Shown: piece after piece, positions 1 to 13,483 of the stretch
Layout: the number at the start of each line of letters is the position of its first letter
How positions within the stretch are numbered: position 1 is the stretch's first letter
Assembly (NCBI GenBank): GCA_032718475.1
Contig: JAUCBJ010006985.1
Location: 33,445 to 97,444, forward strand
DNA length: 64,000 nt
Direction: 5' to 3'
DNA from: Nemertoderma westbladi
Taxonomy: Eukaryota; Animalia; Xenacoelomorpha
Notes under the pieces: generated by a model
What the model saw: the letters and a program-made list of their open reading frames with translations, nothing else
Database searches by the model: none
Told to the model about the DNA's origin: nothing
Made by a program: the position numbers and the translations under genes

Positions 1-405
1 GGATGGCACATTCATAAGAATGCTACGCCGGGTTCATTGTGTCAAGTACAATGCACACATCTCCAACCAGACACTATATAACTTTGGAGGTGTCTCATTG
101 GTTCCCCCAAGCTTGACACTAGAACAAAATCGCCTCCGCTTTGCAGGACATTGCTTTCGCCGTGAGGACCAGCCAGTGCATAATCTTGTACTTTGGCAGC
201 CTCATGGAGTAAATAAGCATGGTGGACAGCCCATGACTTTCTTGAGACGCATCTTAAAGGACACTGGCCTTAAAGATGCGGATGATCTAGCAAATGTCAT
301 GGGTGATAGGGAGTTGTGGCGGTGCAATTTTGTTGACAAGCCGGCACAGCATTCTTAAAAATGCAGCTGCAATGCAGCATGCCGATCCTAGTAGTAGTAG
401 TAGTA
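1..405 (+). mobile_element. RTE-clade non-LTR retrotransposon, 3' end (runs off window start)
   Basis: ORF 20-358 contains LRFAGHCFR...W, typical of the RTE C-terminus. A short 3' UTR ends in a (TAG)n tail at ~389-405. Near-identical to the reverse complement of ~4032-4435. Confidence 0.85.
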
Positions 406-652
406 TGGGAGTCCATGCTGGGCTCTAACTGGTGAGGACACCAAATCTCTGGATGGCACATTCACAAGAATGCTACGCCGGGTTCATTGTGTCAAGTACA
501 ATGTACACATCCCCAATCAGATTCTATACAACATCGTAGGTGTTCCATTAATCTCCCTTGGTTTGACACTTAACCGGAACCGCCTCCGCTTTGCAGGACA
601 TTGCTTTCGCCGTGAGGACCAGTCACTGCACAATCTTGTGCTTTGGCGGCCT
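406..652 (+). mobile_element. Second, more diverged RTE fragment directly after the tail of the first
   Basis: Repeats MLRRVHCVKYN...LRFAGHCFRREDQ (ORF 470-670) and is truncated before the 3' tail. Confidence 0.8.
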
Positions 653-1556
653 GTTAGCATTTCCCAGTAAATCATTTTAGTATTGCGCGAATAAAGTCAC
701 GTTATTGGCATTATCCTCATCAGTTGTGTGTTCTTTACTTTCTCTCACACATCACTAGAAATTATCCGGCCATCCAGTTTACCATTGAGACATCGATTAC
801 TTCAATTAATTACCTCGACCTTATCATCGTGCATAGGAACAACACCACCCCATCCTCTATACCAGTTTTCATAATCTACCGGTACACTTCAGTCTATCGT
901 TATAGCGCAAATCAATGCGAAGAATAATTTTGAATAAGCAGCGCCCACAGACTTAATTCCGCAACCCTTATTTTATACTCATCTTTCAATTTTTATTTCA
1001 CTTTATCTAAATTATATATATCAAAGTTATCAAAATTTTATAATCAAGTGTAATCAGATTTGTATGTTGTACTTTGTACATTGGGTACTGCAGTAATATG
1101 CACGGCGTAATTACAGTACCTATCCTAGAGCTGGGTACTGCAGTCATATGATATGAACGGTCATATGGTACCTACAATTTCTGTTCATCCAGATTCACTC
1201 CACCTCCTGTACCCACCCGACTTAAAATAATTTAATAAGAGATTAAAATATTTTTTTGAAGGACTTAAAAGATTTTATTTTAAATTTTTAACCTGCCTTG
1301 TTACTACTTACTGCGAATTCTCTAATTGTACCTAATTACTGTAAGTGCCATCCTTAATGCCTCTTAAAGATTCTAAATTTTAATGTAGTATTTTAAATTT
1401 ATATTATTAACATTATATCAATATTATATATTAGCCCAGAAACAGCTGTTGGCAAACTTTATTTATGTATTATTCGTGGCGTTAAGACCCCTTAAGCGGT
1501 TAAGCCCTGTGTCCCTTCAGAAACTTAAAAGGCAACAATATTAATGCATAATATTA

Positions 1557-3347
1557 TTAAAAGTCGAAGTTATCGTCGTCTTCATCATCATCATACTCAT
1601 CATCACTATAATCATACATATCATCATCACCAATAATGACATAAAAGTGTTGCAACTTACTGCACCTTCTCCACACGAAGTCACAAAATTGTTCAACATA
1701 GTGAATATCTGGGTTATAGCAGCTCATATCCTGGATACGACAGTTTATTAGACCTTCCAAATTACCGGCATTGAAAATGTTCTCAATGTCAACAAATGAT
1801 TGCTCTTTTGGAGGGTGAGGTTTGACTCCACCTAATTCAACCCGAAGTGTATTCAGAAAGGATAGCAATCGCAGGGCGATTATTACACTTCCGTAGCAAC
1901 AATACTTCATATCGAGTGCTGAAACTGACTGGATAAATGGAGTGTCTTCGTCTCTCAAGGTGCAACCCTCCAGAACCAATGATTGTATATTTGGAAATAA
2001 TGCAAACAAGTTCACCAAGGAGAGGAGACCATCATATGGCTCATCTCTGTTTACGGTGTTGTATTCCAATTTAAAATAAGTTACTCCAGATAAAACAATA
2101 GCGTCTTTGGCGGCTGTACTAATGAAGTTGGGAAGAATGCAAGTAGATCGCTCTTGAAGAGTCAATGAAGATAGTTTCTGGAATTTATTCATAAGATTGA
2201 ATAAATTTTGATCAAGTAGCAAATCGGAATTTGACGAATAATTCACCCAAGTTAACTTGAGACTTTCTAAAGAGTCCTTGCAAAGGGGAATAACAAACTC
2301 AGTAAGGTTATCAACCATGGGCACTCTGGGGATGATGGTAAAAGGAGAGCCAATAGGGCGATTATAAAGATTGAAATTAATGAAGTTGAAACCGATTTGA
2401 GGGTCGTCGCCTTTCGTCCAGTTGTTACGTCTCAAAAATACATCAAGCAATTTCATACTTTTGTCAACCGCCATAGATAACTTTGGATTATTTAAATGGT
2501 AGTCAAGAATTGTTTCAATTTCAGTTTCAATGCAGAAAAGTTCAAAGCTTACTTTTTCCAATTTTTTTAGTTGGGACAGAGAAGAATTCAAAAATAAACC
2601 AAAATCGGGAAGTCTCCATCTTTTAATTTGTAGATTCACCAGATTAGGGCAACAACTCGCAATACTGTTGACGGTGTTGGAATTGAGATCCTTATGAGAG
2701 ATGGTCAATGATGTAAGTTGGGGGAACAAAACAGATAGGGTTAAAACATTATCCAAGTTATGGAATCCTTGCTCTTGACGATCTTCGTCAACAAAACCAG
2801 TGGTATCGAGAGTTTGGAGAGCGCCAGTCATCTTGGGAAGCCAACTTATTAGAACTGGGGCTACATCATCAGGGAACTCTTCTAGAAAGTCATCATCTAT
2901 AACAACTTTGACAGGCCACTGAGGCAGCATACAATCCGATGGGAAGATACACGAATAAGTCTCCATTATATCTTTCAAAGATGTTTTGTTCTGTAGTTGA
3001 TCGGTAATTGGGTCATCCCAATCTGGTACTGGTAACCCGCAATATAATAAACTTAGCTGGTTGAATGATATCACATACGAATGAAGAATGAACTTCCATA
3101 GATCATTGCGGAGTTTGGGAGCCACCCATTCCTTTAACCACTTGGAGACAGCTGTCCACTTGTCGCTCTCTGCACTATCAGCACAATTGTCGTCCCATTT
3201 CTTTCGTTCAGATGTTACAATACCGTTAGCCAACATTCGAGTCAGATTGACTATACCGATTTCCTGCAGGGACAATAATCGGCAGTTCTCCCTTAGTATA
3301 ACTGGACCCTTCCCTAGTCCTTTACTTGAGTAGCAGTATATCATCAT
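1557..3347 (-). CDS. 596-aa leucine-rich-repeat (RNI/FBXL-like) protein with acidic C-terminal tail, single ORF
   Basis: Long intact ORF with LxxLxL repeats (FPQLTSLTI, CPNLVNLQI, LKKLEKVSF, LESLKLT, FQKLSSLTL, FPNIQSLVL, CSKLQHF) and a D/E-rich end. No specific orthologue recognised. Confidence 0.75.
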   Translation of the reverse strand: MMIYCYSSKGLGKGPVILRENCRLLSLQEIGIVNLTRMLANGIVTSERKKWDDNCADSAESDKWTAVSKWLKEWVAPKLRNDLWKFILHSYVISFNQLSLLYCGLPVPDWDDPITDQLQNKTSLKDIMETYSCIFPSDCMLPQWPVKVVIDDDFLEEFPDDVAPVLISWLPKMTGALQTLDTTGFVDEDRQEQGFHNLDNVLTLSVLFPQLTSLTISHKDLNSNTVNSIASCCPNLVNLQIKRWRLPDFGLFLNSSLSQLKKLEKVSFELFCIETEIETILDYHLNNPKLSMAVDKSMKLLDVFLRRNNWTKGDDPQIGFNFINFNLYNRPIGSPFTIIPRVPMVDNLTEFVIPLCKDSLESLKLTWVNYSSNSDLLLDQNLFNLMNKFQKLSSLTLQERSTCILPNFISTAAKDAIVLSGVTYFKLEYNTVNRDEPYDGLLSLVNLFALFPNIQSLVLEGCTLRDEDTPFIQSVSALDMKYCCYGSVIIALRLLSFLNTLRVELGGVKPHPPKEQSFVDIENIFNAGNLEGLINCRIQDMSCYNPDIHYVEQFCDFVWRRCSKLQHFYVIIGDDDMYDYSDDEYDDDEDDDNFDF

Positions 3348-4031
3348 ACAGTTACAGTGTGCCTCAGTCGTATAGTCTTACAGTCTTACCGGTATATCCC
3401 TAAACCTGTGACCTACGCCTCGAATCTAATCCTGAGCCTTGAACTGCACATTACAGCACAGCATTAACCAGTTAACCTATATCTGTATATTATAATACAG
3501 TAATAATATAGGTTCATTAACATTTTCAAATTAGTAGGCCTACCGGTCCGGTACCAGTACCGGCTGCCATGACTTAGGCCTATCTGATTTTGGATTTCAG
3601 GCTTGTTCAGCTAGTGTCGTTCAAATGTACTACAGTACTACTGTACTAATACTATACAGCTATTATACAGTAATAGGCTACTGTAAGTTCAATACTGTAG
3701 GGTTCAATAAAGGGGAAATACGTGTCATTAGTTTTTGTCACCTTTAACTTAATAACTACTGAGTTTGATTTAAATCTTAAAGTTTGTAATATTTAGACAT
3801 TAAATACGATCAAAATATGGGATTTTAACCACCGCTAGCGGGTTAAATGTCTAAACATTAAACAACCTCGATTTCTTACAGTACAGTAATTGCCAGTCGG
3901 TTCAAAACCTTGGGAATATAAAAACAATTAACATTATTCGTTTACAAAGATTACAAATAATTTTTTAATGTTACTTTCTAAATGTTACTAATTTGGTACA
4001 TAGGCTACAGTGTACCACTGAATGTACCACT

Positions 4032-5535
4032 TACTACTACTACTAGGATCGGCATGCTGCATTGCAGCTGCATTTTTAAGAATGCTGTGCCGCCTTGTCG
4101 ACAAAATTGCGCCGCCACAACTCCCTATCAACCATGACATTTGCTAGATCATCCGCATCTTCAAGGCCAGTGTCCTTTAAGATGCGTCTCAAGAAAGTCA
4201 TGGGGTGCCCACCATGCTTATATTCACTCCATGAGGCTGCCAAAGTACAAGATTATGCACTGGGTCCTCACGGCGAAAGCAATGTCCTGCAAAGCGGAGG
4301 CGATTTTGTTCTAGTGTCAAGCTTGGGGGAACCAATGAGACACCTCCAATGTTATATAGTGTCTGGTTGGAGATGTGTGCATTGTACTTGACACAATGAA
4401 CCCGGCGTAGCATTCTTGTGAATGTGCCATCCAGAGATTGGTGTCCTCAGCAGTTAGAGCCCAGCATGGACTCCCGTAGAGGAGTACTGGAACTACTGCT
4501 GCTCTAAATAATCGGACCTTATGTGTCCGATTAATTCTCGGTGACTTCCAAATCCTGGAAAGCCTATTCAAGGCTGCCCATGCCTTTCCCTTACGTATTC
4601 GAAGGTCCTCACCTGACTTCCGGATCCATGATCCCAGGTAACAGAAGTCGTCGACATGCTCAAGCATACCATCCTTTGAGCTTATGCTCATCCGATCAGA
4701 GACTTGCTGAGGACTTTCAAAGTTAACTGTCAGAATTTTGGTCTTTCTGGAGTTAATAAAAAGACCAACACTAGAAGCAGCATGTTCTAATGAGCTGAGG
4801 AGCCGTTGGGCTCCCTCTAATGATTCTGAGAGTACTCCTAAGTCATCAGCAAAGTCTAGATCAGTTAGGTACTTGGCAGGATTTCCTCGACTTCTGGAGC
4901 CAGTAGGTGGAGTTATCATCACCCCATCATCATTATGATGATCTAAGGACATGCGTAGAACATAGTCAACCACAATAATGAATAAGAATGGTGCAAGTGT
5001 GTCTCCTTGGAGGACGCCCCATAACACTTCGAATGGTTCTGTGTCACCGTCAACAGTAGACACAAATGTTGTCGAACAATGAACCCGGCGTAAGATTTGG
5101 TGTCCACAGCAGTTAGAGCCCAGCATGGACTCCCATAGAGGAGTACTGGAACTACTGCTTCTCTAAACAATCGGACCTTAAGTTTCCGATTAATTCTCGG
5201 TGACTTCCAAATCCTGGAAAGCCTATTCAAGGATGCCCATGCCATGCCTTTCCCTTACGTATTCGAAGGTCCTCACCTGACTTCCGGATCCATGATCCCA
5301 GGTAACAGAAGTCGTCCACATGCGCAATCATACCATCCTTTGAGCTTCAACTGTCAAAATTGTGGTCTTTCTGGAGTTAATAAAAAGACCAACACTAGAG
5401 GCAGCATGTTTTAATGAGCTGAGAAGCCGTTGGGCTCCCTCTAGTGATTCTGAGAGTACTCCTAAGTCATCAGCAAAGTCTACAGATCCACGCATCCTAT
5501 AGATCAGTTAGGTACTTGGCAGGATTTCCTCGACT
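4032..5535 (-). mobile_element. RTE-clade LINE, 5'-truncated, two partial copies joined head-to-tail
   Basis: RT motifs GVLQGDTLAPFLFIIVVDYVLR, DFADDL and FCYLGS in ORF 4317-5126. The (CTA)n tail lies at ~4032-4045. Segment ~5079-5535 repeats ~4396-4890 with deletions. Confidence 0.9.
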
Positions 5536-6488
5536 TATATACATCATTTTGGATTGTTTAAAACTGACATCGGAATTGAAACCAGCGACCCCGAAAACCA
5601 CCGTAAATATAATTTTAGCTTGGTGGTGTGCTTCCTTCATGGCCCTTCTTGGCTTGCACCATAATTGTTACATCATAATTGTGTGGTTAAGTATGTTCTA
5701 CGATTGTCCTTCATCATAACGACAATGGGGTGATGGTAACTCCACTGCCGTGCAATGTAAAAAGACCGCAAGTCACAAAAAGTCATTTCGAGTAAAACGC
5801 AAATTAGCTGTTTGCCTTCAGATTGTTGGTTTAAAATGTCCGTAAATTACTAATTTTTTATAACCCTAGGCAATTGGGGGTGGGAAATTTTTCTACGTGA
5901 TTATTTCTCGCTTTCCATTATATTTTGCTTCAGGGTTATTTTTTGTACTTACGGTGTTTTTGCATTGTACATACCTGTATGTAAATACATTCGATACAAT
6001 GCAAAAACAAATGTCACAATGACAAAACACCGCAAGTCTATCAGTTGCGGTGTTTTTGAATTGTATAAATTTAATGTATAAATTGTGGGGGGGGGGGGGG
6101 GGGGGGGCAACCCGCCCTGCGGTTTTTAATTTGTAAATAACTCGAAAGTGGTTGCATAAACAAAAAAAATTGGGAACGGGGAAATTATGAAATAAGAAGC
6201 GAAAATTACAAAAAACAGTTAAATGACAAAGGAGTAGTGTTTTTTGCGTGAACAAGTTTCATTCCGAGAAAATTGCCTTGAAAGTTTAAACATTCCCACA
6301 CAAAACTGCCCGTATGGGGTCTGGTTGGTTAATAATGTGTGCGTGTGGCATGAAAGAAGTACACCACAGAGCTATAATTTTCATTATGGTGGTTTTCGAG
6401 GTCCGTGATTTCATATCCAATGTCATTTTTATGTTCGGTAGAATCTAGTCTGTTTGACTATTCATTGGTCAGCCTCTGGCTGGACTTA

Positions 6489-9400
6489 CCCTGCAAACCA
6501 GAAGTATCCGAGGATTAATTTTGTATTTGAAATTTAATGCTGCTAAAAAGTTGTGCAATAGTGCAATGAGACAAATTATTTGAGAAAAACCCAAAATTTT
6601 ACATTTTAATATTGAAATAATCTAAAATAATATTTAAATACTAATATTAAAATTCAGATAGTGAAATGACATTCAGAATACATTCGAACAGCAATGTTTA
6701 TTATTTAACACATATAATCGCAACATATTTTGAATGATATTCTAATACTATATTCCATACTATTGATATTATAATGTATTTCCAATGTTATCGAAATGTT
6801 CAAATCAGAATATTTTCATTGGAAATGAATTTACATTGGGGATGAATCATAGCATTGTTATAACAATGATGCGAAAAGGTTATTCTAACGTTGTTTTTCG
6901 AATGTTGGCGGGTCATACTTCAACTGCTTTGAATGACAATATTATTCTAATGTTATCCTAATGTCATCTTTATTAGGCCCTGCTCTGGTACAGAACTTTG
7001 CACGTGAATCCCCATTGTTTTCATTATCGTTATTGTCCAGTCCTTGCCAGTGCAGATTGTTTAACACACCTACTCAGTGCATCCACATGAACCAAATGTG
7101 TTCATGTTTTGGTTTTCCTGGACCGTAACTTACAGTACATGGATGTTTTTCAGTACGGTTCCATACAGCCATACCTACAGTAGGCCTACACCCCTACAGA
7201 TATATCAGTCCTAATGTGCGGTTGTCAATGAGACCAATAAGGCATGTGCCACAGACACCACGCACGAGATCCGAAAGGCCGCTTGCGTTTTAGTTACAGT
7301 ACAGTAAATATCTAAATATTGTTAAAAAAAAATTTGCACAATAAACAAACTTCGAGAGGGGGGCGGGGTGGGTGTTTTGCCTGTCATGCCCCCTCTACAT
7401 AACATTGTTCACTCCTTGGTGGAAATAAAGGAGGAAGGAGGAGTTGAAGAGTGTCCAAGGAACTTTAAAAATAATGGAATGGATTCAAGGAGAGACTCTT
7501 CAGTCAGAGTTCCTGTTCCCCGACCAGCCAGTAGTCTTCTCCTGAGGATTTAGCCAAATGGGAAAAGGCCCTAAAGGAGAAAAATGCACTGGCAAAGTAT
7601 AAGGTGAGAATGATAATGGCATCTTTATCCTTTTATCCTATATGGGAAGTCGAATTTGACATTAAATTATTTAACAAATTGTGTAAAACAGAATCAGGAA
7701 TTGTTGAAGATTACTACCTTCGGGTAGTAGCTATCGAAAGAAGAGCCTTCGGATCGCTTCCGGCTTCAGCCGACTGTTTGCTTTGCTCGATACGTTCTCG
7801 AAACGTATTCTTTTGATTTCTTATTATTTGTTCTAGATCAGTAATTAATAATTTTTATTAATGTAATAATTGTTTATATATTTTAGCATTAAAATGTTAG
7901 TAAGCGAGGAGTTTTTTCTAATCTTTGTAGATTGACGAATTCTCCAACTTCTCACAATCACTATCGGCTGCGAGTTTTGCCATCTGTGCACGATGGATGG
8001 AAACACATTCGCCGAGAAATATGCAAAAACCGCTAGACATGCCATCGGGAAAATTAATCGTTCTAAGATGTATTAAAGGTTAGACAATTTTTCATATTAT
8101 TTGTTACATACTGATATGGAATTGTTACAGTATAATACGCCAGTACACATATTGTTACAGTACATATAGGCTACGCCGGTACACATACAGTACATTGACG
8201 CTAATGCAAGTTGGCATATGACATTTATTTATTTATTTCTAACATTTATTGACACATTGTGGGGCCTTCGCGCAGCACGAAAGTCTATAAGAAAGTGTAC
8301 TAATCTCTATTAGATAAACGGAAACCGTCATTTCCAAGATATCAATCAGTGATGCATAAACTGGTTGTAAAAAGCAGAGGTTCATTTCCGTTTAGCCTTA
8401 CACGCTTTTTAACTATTTAACTTGACTTGAGTATTTAACCTGCCTTAACACGATTTATAGAAGATGGATACTTGTATCCACTACAAAACTTGTTGCGTTC
8501 GTCCTATACAACCTGGTCACCAAATATATGCCTTAAAACATTCCTTTGGCAATATTGGATAAAGTGTCAACCGTCTAATATGCTAAACCAGGTTGTTTAC
8601 GAGTTATTTTTAAAACTCTCGTCTTCATTACAACCCTCGTTGCACTCGTCCTGTACATCTGATCACCAAATAACTAGCATAAGACATTCCACCACCGGTG
8701 CTATCAAATTGACATATCGTCCAATATTCTGTACTAAAGCTTGCAAGGATAGTCAACATAATACTAGTCTCTTCATTAGCTCATCCTGAAGGCCCCACGC
8801 AAATTCTAATTGGAAAATTTATAAACTTTTACCAAACAACATGTGTACTAAGTTTGATTAGATTTCATCGAGAATTAGCCGAGTTATTAACATTTCAAAA
8901 CACGGACCTACAGATCTAGAGAACACTTACTTTCATGGCTCGCCCCGCATTCACGCAGTAGGATAATTTGAACATAATATTATTGTGTTTCATTTTATGT
9001 AAAGAAAGTAAAGTAAATAACTTTATTCTGTACCCTAGGAAGAACTGCTATAGTTTGAAGCTCGTAACATAATAACCTAACAAAACACGTCCGTGGGGCC
9101 TTCGCGCAGCACGAGGCTCAGTTAGAGATACAAATTTAAATTAATTTTCAATTAAATTTCTTCTAGCTTTCTCACTGAACACTAGGCCTATGGTGTTGAC
9201 GCGAAGATAGAGAAAGTGATTACAAACTATTTTGTTCAAGTTGCGTGGCGCGCTGGTGGATCTAAGCACATGTAAGTATAATTATATTATAATGCATAGA
9301 CCTCAAAATTTAATTAAATATTATAATTTAATGCAATGGTGCGATTATGGGTATATAAAGAAAGATTAGTTTTGTATTAGATAAATAATAGTGGTGAGGA

Positions 9401-10529
9401 ATTGTGTGTTAAATATTATGCATGTGGGTGGGTTGGTTTAGGTTTGAGGATTTATAACATAATTTTCTTAACTTATATCATGGAATACCGTTTCGCTGTC
9501 AACTTAATATTATGGTAATCTTAATAATGTAATCAATGAAATCTTAATTAATGTAATCTTAATTACTTTACAGTGCTAGAAAAGTTGGAGGAGCCGAGGA
9601 GTGTATCGCAATCGAAAAGATAGAAAACGAAATCGAGACTGGAATTGAGACTTTTGATTGGACTTATAAGAACTTGTACTATATAGGCCTACATGTGCAT
9701 AAATAGGTCAACCTTTATATATATCAAATTTTAATTGTTTTTATCTTGTAATATTTTTTCAATTAATAATAAAATTGTAATAGATTGTCCTATTATGTAT
9801 CGGAAACGTTCTGTGTTTTTATACCTACGAGATTAGCACTACATTGGGGATTAACCAGACATTATTATAAATTACTGTTGTTAGTTATATTTGCTATAAG
9901 ATAATAAGATAAAAGCATTGCGTCTTGGGTTGGTGGGTTTCATTTCCATATTTTCAACGGGTGTACACATACTAACATTATTATTCACATTATGATTATA
10001 ATATTAATTAATAGCGTTTTTACCCATTGTTATTCTGTAATATTATAAAACAAACCGCACCAATTTTGTTCAGGTGTAATAAGTTTTTGCATTTATAGAA
10101 ATAACATTGTTTATATGGAAACTCTATGTAGGCCTATTACAAGATACCATGCATTTAATAACATTAAAATCATAATGTTTTAGTATTGATGTACTAATGT
10201 TAGAATAATAATGAGAAAATAGTGAGAAAATAAATCAGGAATGCTATGAGAATGCTATGAAATAATTCCAATATTAGCTTAATGTTAGAATAACATTAGA
10301 ATGTTAAGGGTGGGAAATCCACTAACTATTAAAATTCCAATGTTAAAATAACACTGATTAATATTTGTTACCAAATACTGCCAAAAGTGCACTTCTATTG
10401 CACAGGGTCCGAGCGCTTTGCCAAAAAAATATTAAAACTGGCATTAGTTTAACATTTGAATTTTAATATTTTATTATATGAATAAAGATGTTAATAAACA
10501 TTATTTTAATGTTGCTATGGTTTGCAGGG
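6489..10529. mobile_element. Possible old non-autonomous TIR element (CCCTG termini, CMC/EnSpm-like)
   Basis: CCCTGCAAACCA at 6489 and TGGTTTGCAGGG ending at 10529, with loosely inverted AT-rich subterminal sequence. No clean TSD. Confidence 0.3.
8255..8950 (-). mobile_element. Helentron/DINE-1-like non-autonomous element copy
   Basis: GTGGGGCCTTCGCGCAGCACG at ~8259 (also at ~9093 and ~11308) is the reverse complement of the end motif at ~59953-59973. TGGCTCGCCCC at ~8936 matches the other end (~58680). Internal sequence is shared with 11308-11745. Confidence 0.5.
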
Positions 10530-11304
10530 TTGTTTTCTCCCTCTGAGGTGGTTTGACCTCTCTCTGTGGCTTACGGCGTGTATCCCCCCCCCCCCCCCCC
10601 CCCCAGTTGGTTATGAGGTGAGATTATTATTGGTAATCTCACATCGCCAACTACATTGGTAAAAATGCCACTAGTCCCCATTTTGGGTGGGTAATGCACG
10701 GAATTGAATCCGTTTACACTCAAAGTCTCTATAAAATCACTACCGGTACTTTTGGTCTTATATATAGATGCCTACAAATTGTCAACGCGATAAACTTTAA
10801 ATGCGACAAAGTTATTAGTCAAAATCGAAACAACGACGACGACAACATGAACAACTATTTGCAAAAATTGATTTACGTCGTTGTTTTACAAGTCGTTTAT
10901 AAGTCGTTGTTTTACATGTTGATTTAGTTTCAATATAAACATTAGGAATGTGGATTCATAACCCCCGCCCCCCCCCCCCCCCCCCCCCGCCCCCCATCCT
11001 TCCAGCCCCACTGAATTTACATGTACATTGCAGAATTTAAATTTATGTGAAATCCACCATAACAGCGTTATTATTACCTTTGGTGGTCTCCCCCAATTAC
11101 TGTACTATTGTATTTCATAATAATGCTTGTGTTGATGAATAAAAATAATAAAACATAACACATAAAAACAGGCATTGCAAATAAAAAGCATTTAACCGTT
11201 TATTATACCATGAAACTGATGACAAGTTACATTATTTTATTTGTAACTTTTTCATTTTTCCCGAGTGTAGGTAGGCCTACACAGTTGTAGGCCTACTACC
11301 ATTA

Positions 11305-11745
11305 TTGAGGGGCCTTCGCGTAGCACGAGAGAGCCTATATATGAAAGTGTACAACTCTCTATTAGATATTACGAAAACCGTGATTCCCAAATATCAAAGA
11401 GTGACCGTTTTCGTTTTGCGAAAAAACTGGTTGTAAAAAAGCAGAGTCCCATTTTAGTTTGCCCCTTACACGCTTTAACTGTCATTTTAAAGCTACTAAC
11501 TATAGCAGGGCTATTTAAGTTCAGTATGACATTTTTGGTTTTACAATACTCGTCTCCTTTATTAACCTCGTTGCGCTCGTCCTGTTTTGAATCAAAAATT
11601 GTTTTCTTAAACGCCGACTGACGACCTTTATAACTATGAAACGTAATTGCTGATTTGTGGCAGATGGATATTCGAATCCACTGCAAAACTCGTTGCGTTC
11701 GTCCTGTACAATCTTGTCACCAAATATATACCTAACATCATTCCA
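11305..11745 (-). mobile_element. Partial copy of the same Helentron-like family
   Basis: Shares GGGGCCTTCGCG.AGCACGA, AAAGTGTAC...CTCTATTAGATA, AAACTGGTTGTAAAAA and GTTGCGTTCGTCCT...TCACCAAATATAT with 8260-8535. Confidence 0.55.
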
Positions 11746-12592
11746 TTCCGTTATCATCAGCTTAATTTAATGAAATTGGTTCTCACAGTGAACAATTTAA
11801 TGCAAGTTTAATGTACCAAGGTGGATCATTTCAGACACACGACGTTATGTCGTCAAATATAAATGAGGTTATTGTTTATGTTAGAATGGGTTATGGCTTA
11901 TATCAGATGGTTTAAATACAATTTAGAATTTATGTACAGTAGTTTATATAACTTTGATAATTAGTTTTTAGAATTTTTGATCTTGATTTCGGAGGGAACG
12001 GATCTCCAGATGGTTGGGCCCTGGTGACGTATAGAGCAATGGGTGGAATCTAATCAACTGACGATGAAGCCATAAGATGTACCTATCCATGAGAGATTTA
12101 AAAAATTTAAATTATTATATTTGAAAAAATTCATAAAGATCTTGATTCAGCATATATGACAGTGGTAATGGACTCATTCTGCGTCCAGTGGTCATAAGTC
12201 CAAGATAGACCACATGTTTAGTAATACATGGTGCAGGACTGTATGCCCTACAGGATTTACTCTTCGCTCCTTTATCAGTGATCATCGTCCAGTTGTCGCT
12301 AAGGTAAGACTTAAGTCTCCGCCGTTGCAGAACTAAGAAATCTGCATTGCCGCGACATCTTTGGTCCTCTCTGTTGCAACAACCCCTGTGAGATCCAGCG
12401 TCCCACTACAGCTGAGCAACTGGTATGAGGCCCTTGCCTCGGAGGCAGCAGATCACAGAAAGGGATGTACTGCCTTCACAGAGCAGTTAAGACTCTGTAA
12501 AAGAATCAAGAATTAAAAAAATAAAAGTTAAAAATAAAATAAAAGAAAAGAAAAAAATTAAAAGTAAAAGAATTAAGGCTCTGCTAAAGAAT

Positions 12593-12817
12593 CACGTTCG
12601 TGGGGCGTCGCGAAACAAGTTCGATTTGATCTGGAGTCAAACGTTCGAGATGTATTTGCCCGTAACTGGTTGAAAATGGTTGAAATCTTCAAAAGTTATT
12701 TACAAATGAAATTTTCATCACAGACGGACAGACAGACAGACGAACAAGAAATTTTGCCCTGTTTACTAATTATAATTGTGCGCTAAGGCTCGTCTTTACT
12801 GCGTGGCTCGCCCAACA
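12593..12817 (-). mobile_element. Short Helentron/DINE-1-like copy with (CAGA)n microsatellite
   Basis: The reverse complement of 12781-12817 (CTGTTGGGCGAGCCACG...GAGCCTTAGCG) matches ~58677-58713. CAGACGGACAGACAGACAGACG lies at 12721 and GTGGGGCGTCGCG at 12600. Confidence 0.55.
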
Positions 12818-12969
12818 GTTCCTGTATACACACTCGAAACCGAAAAAAGCACCTGATAAAAAAGTATCATGGGAAGGTCACTATGTAACAGAATGAACCC
12901 CTCCGGCTCCAACACGCTAAGATGGACAAAGATGTGGTTAAGGCAGTTGCTACTATCGGCATTCTACAT

Positions 12970-13200
12970 CATCAAGTGTCAAGCTAGGGGAGACTAATGA
13001 AACACCTCCAATGTTGTAGAGTCTGATTGGATGTGTTCATTGTACTTGACACAGTGAACCCGGCGTAGCATTCTTGTGAATGTGCCATACAGGAGGGTAG
13101 GGCCAAGCTTGGAGTCCAATATAGGAGTACTGGTTCTACTGCTGCTCTAAATAATCGAACCTAAAGATTCAGTTTTATTCTGGGACTTGCAAATCCTGGA
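12970..13200 (-). mobile_element. Decayed RTE fragment
   Basis: Similar to 4312-4560, e.g. CATTGTACTTGACACA.TGAACCCGGCGTAGCATTCTTGTGAATGTGCCAT. Confidence 0.75.
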
Positions 13201-13483
13201 AGTACAGGTGAAGGCAGCATCTAGGTCCCTAAACCGGCCGTACTCGGATAATGTACAGGAGCTGGTCAAGCAGCAAGATGACGCCATCAAGGCCGCCGAT
13301 GCAAAGGCGTAAATCAATCTCTAATTGGTGCTCTAATTGGCTAGTAATGCATCTCGTTAAAACTTGACTAATCTAAAACTAAATGTATAAATTATCCAAC
13401 AAACCACGACATCTGTACACTTTGGGTGGGTCGAGATAAATCAACTAACTATTTATAAAAAGATAGGCTACGTTATCAGGTCA

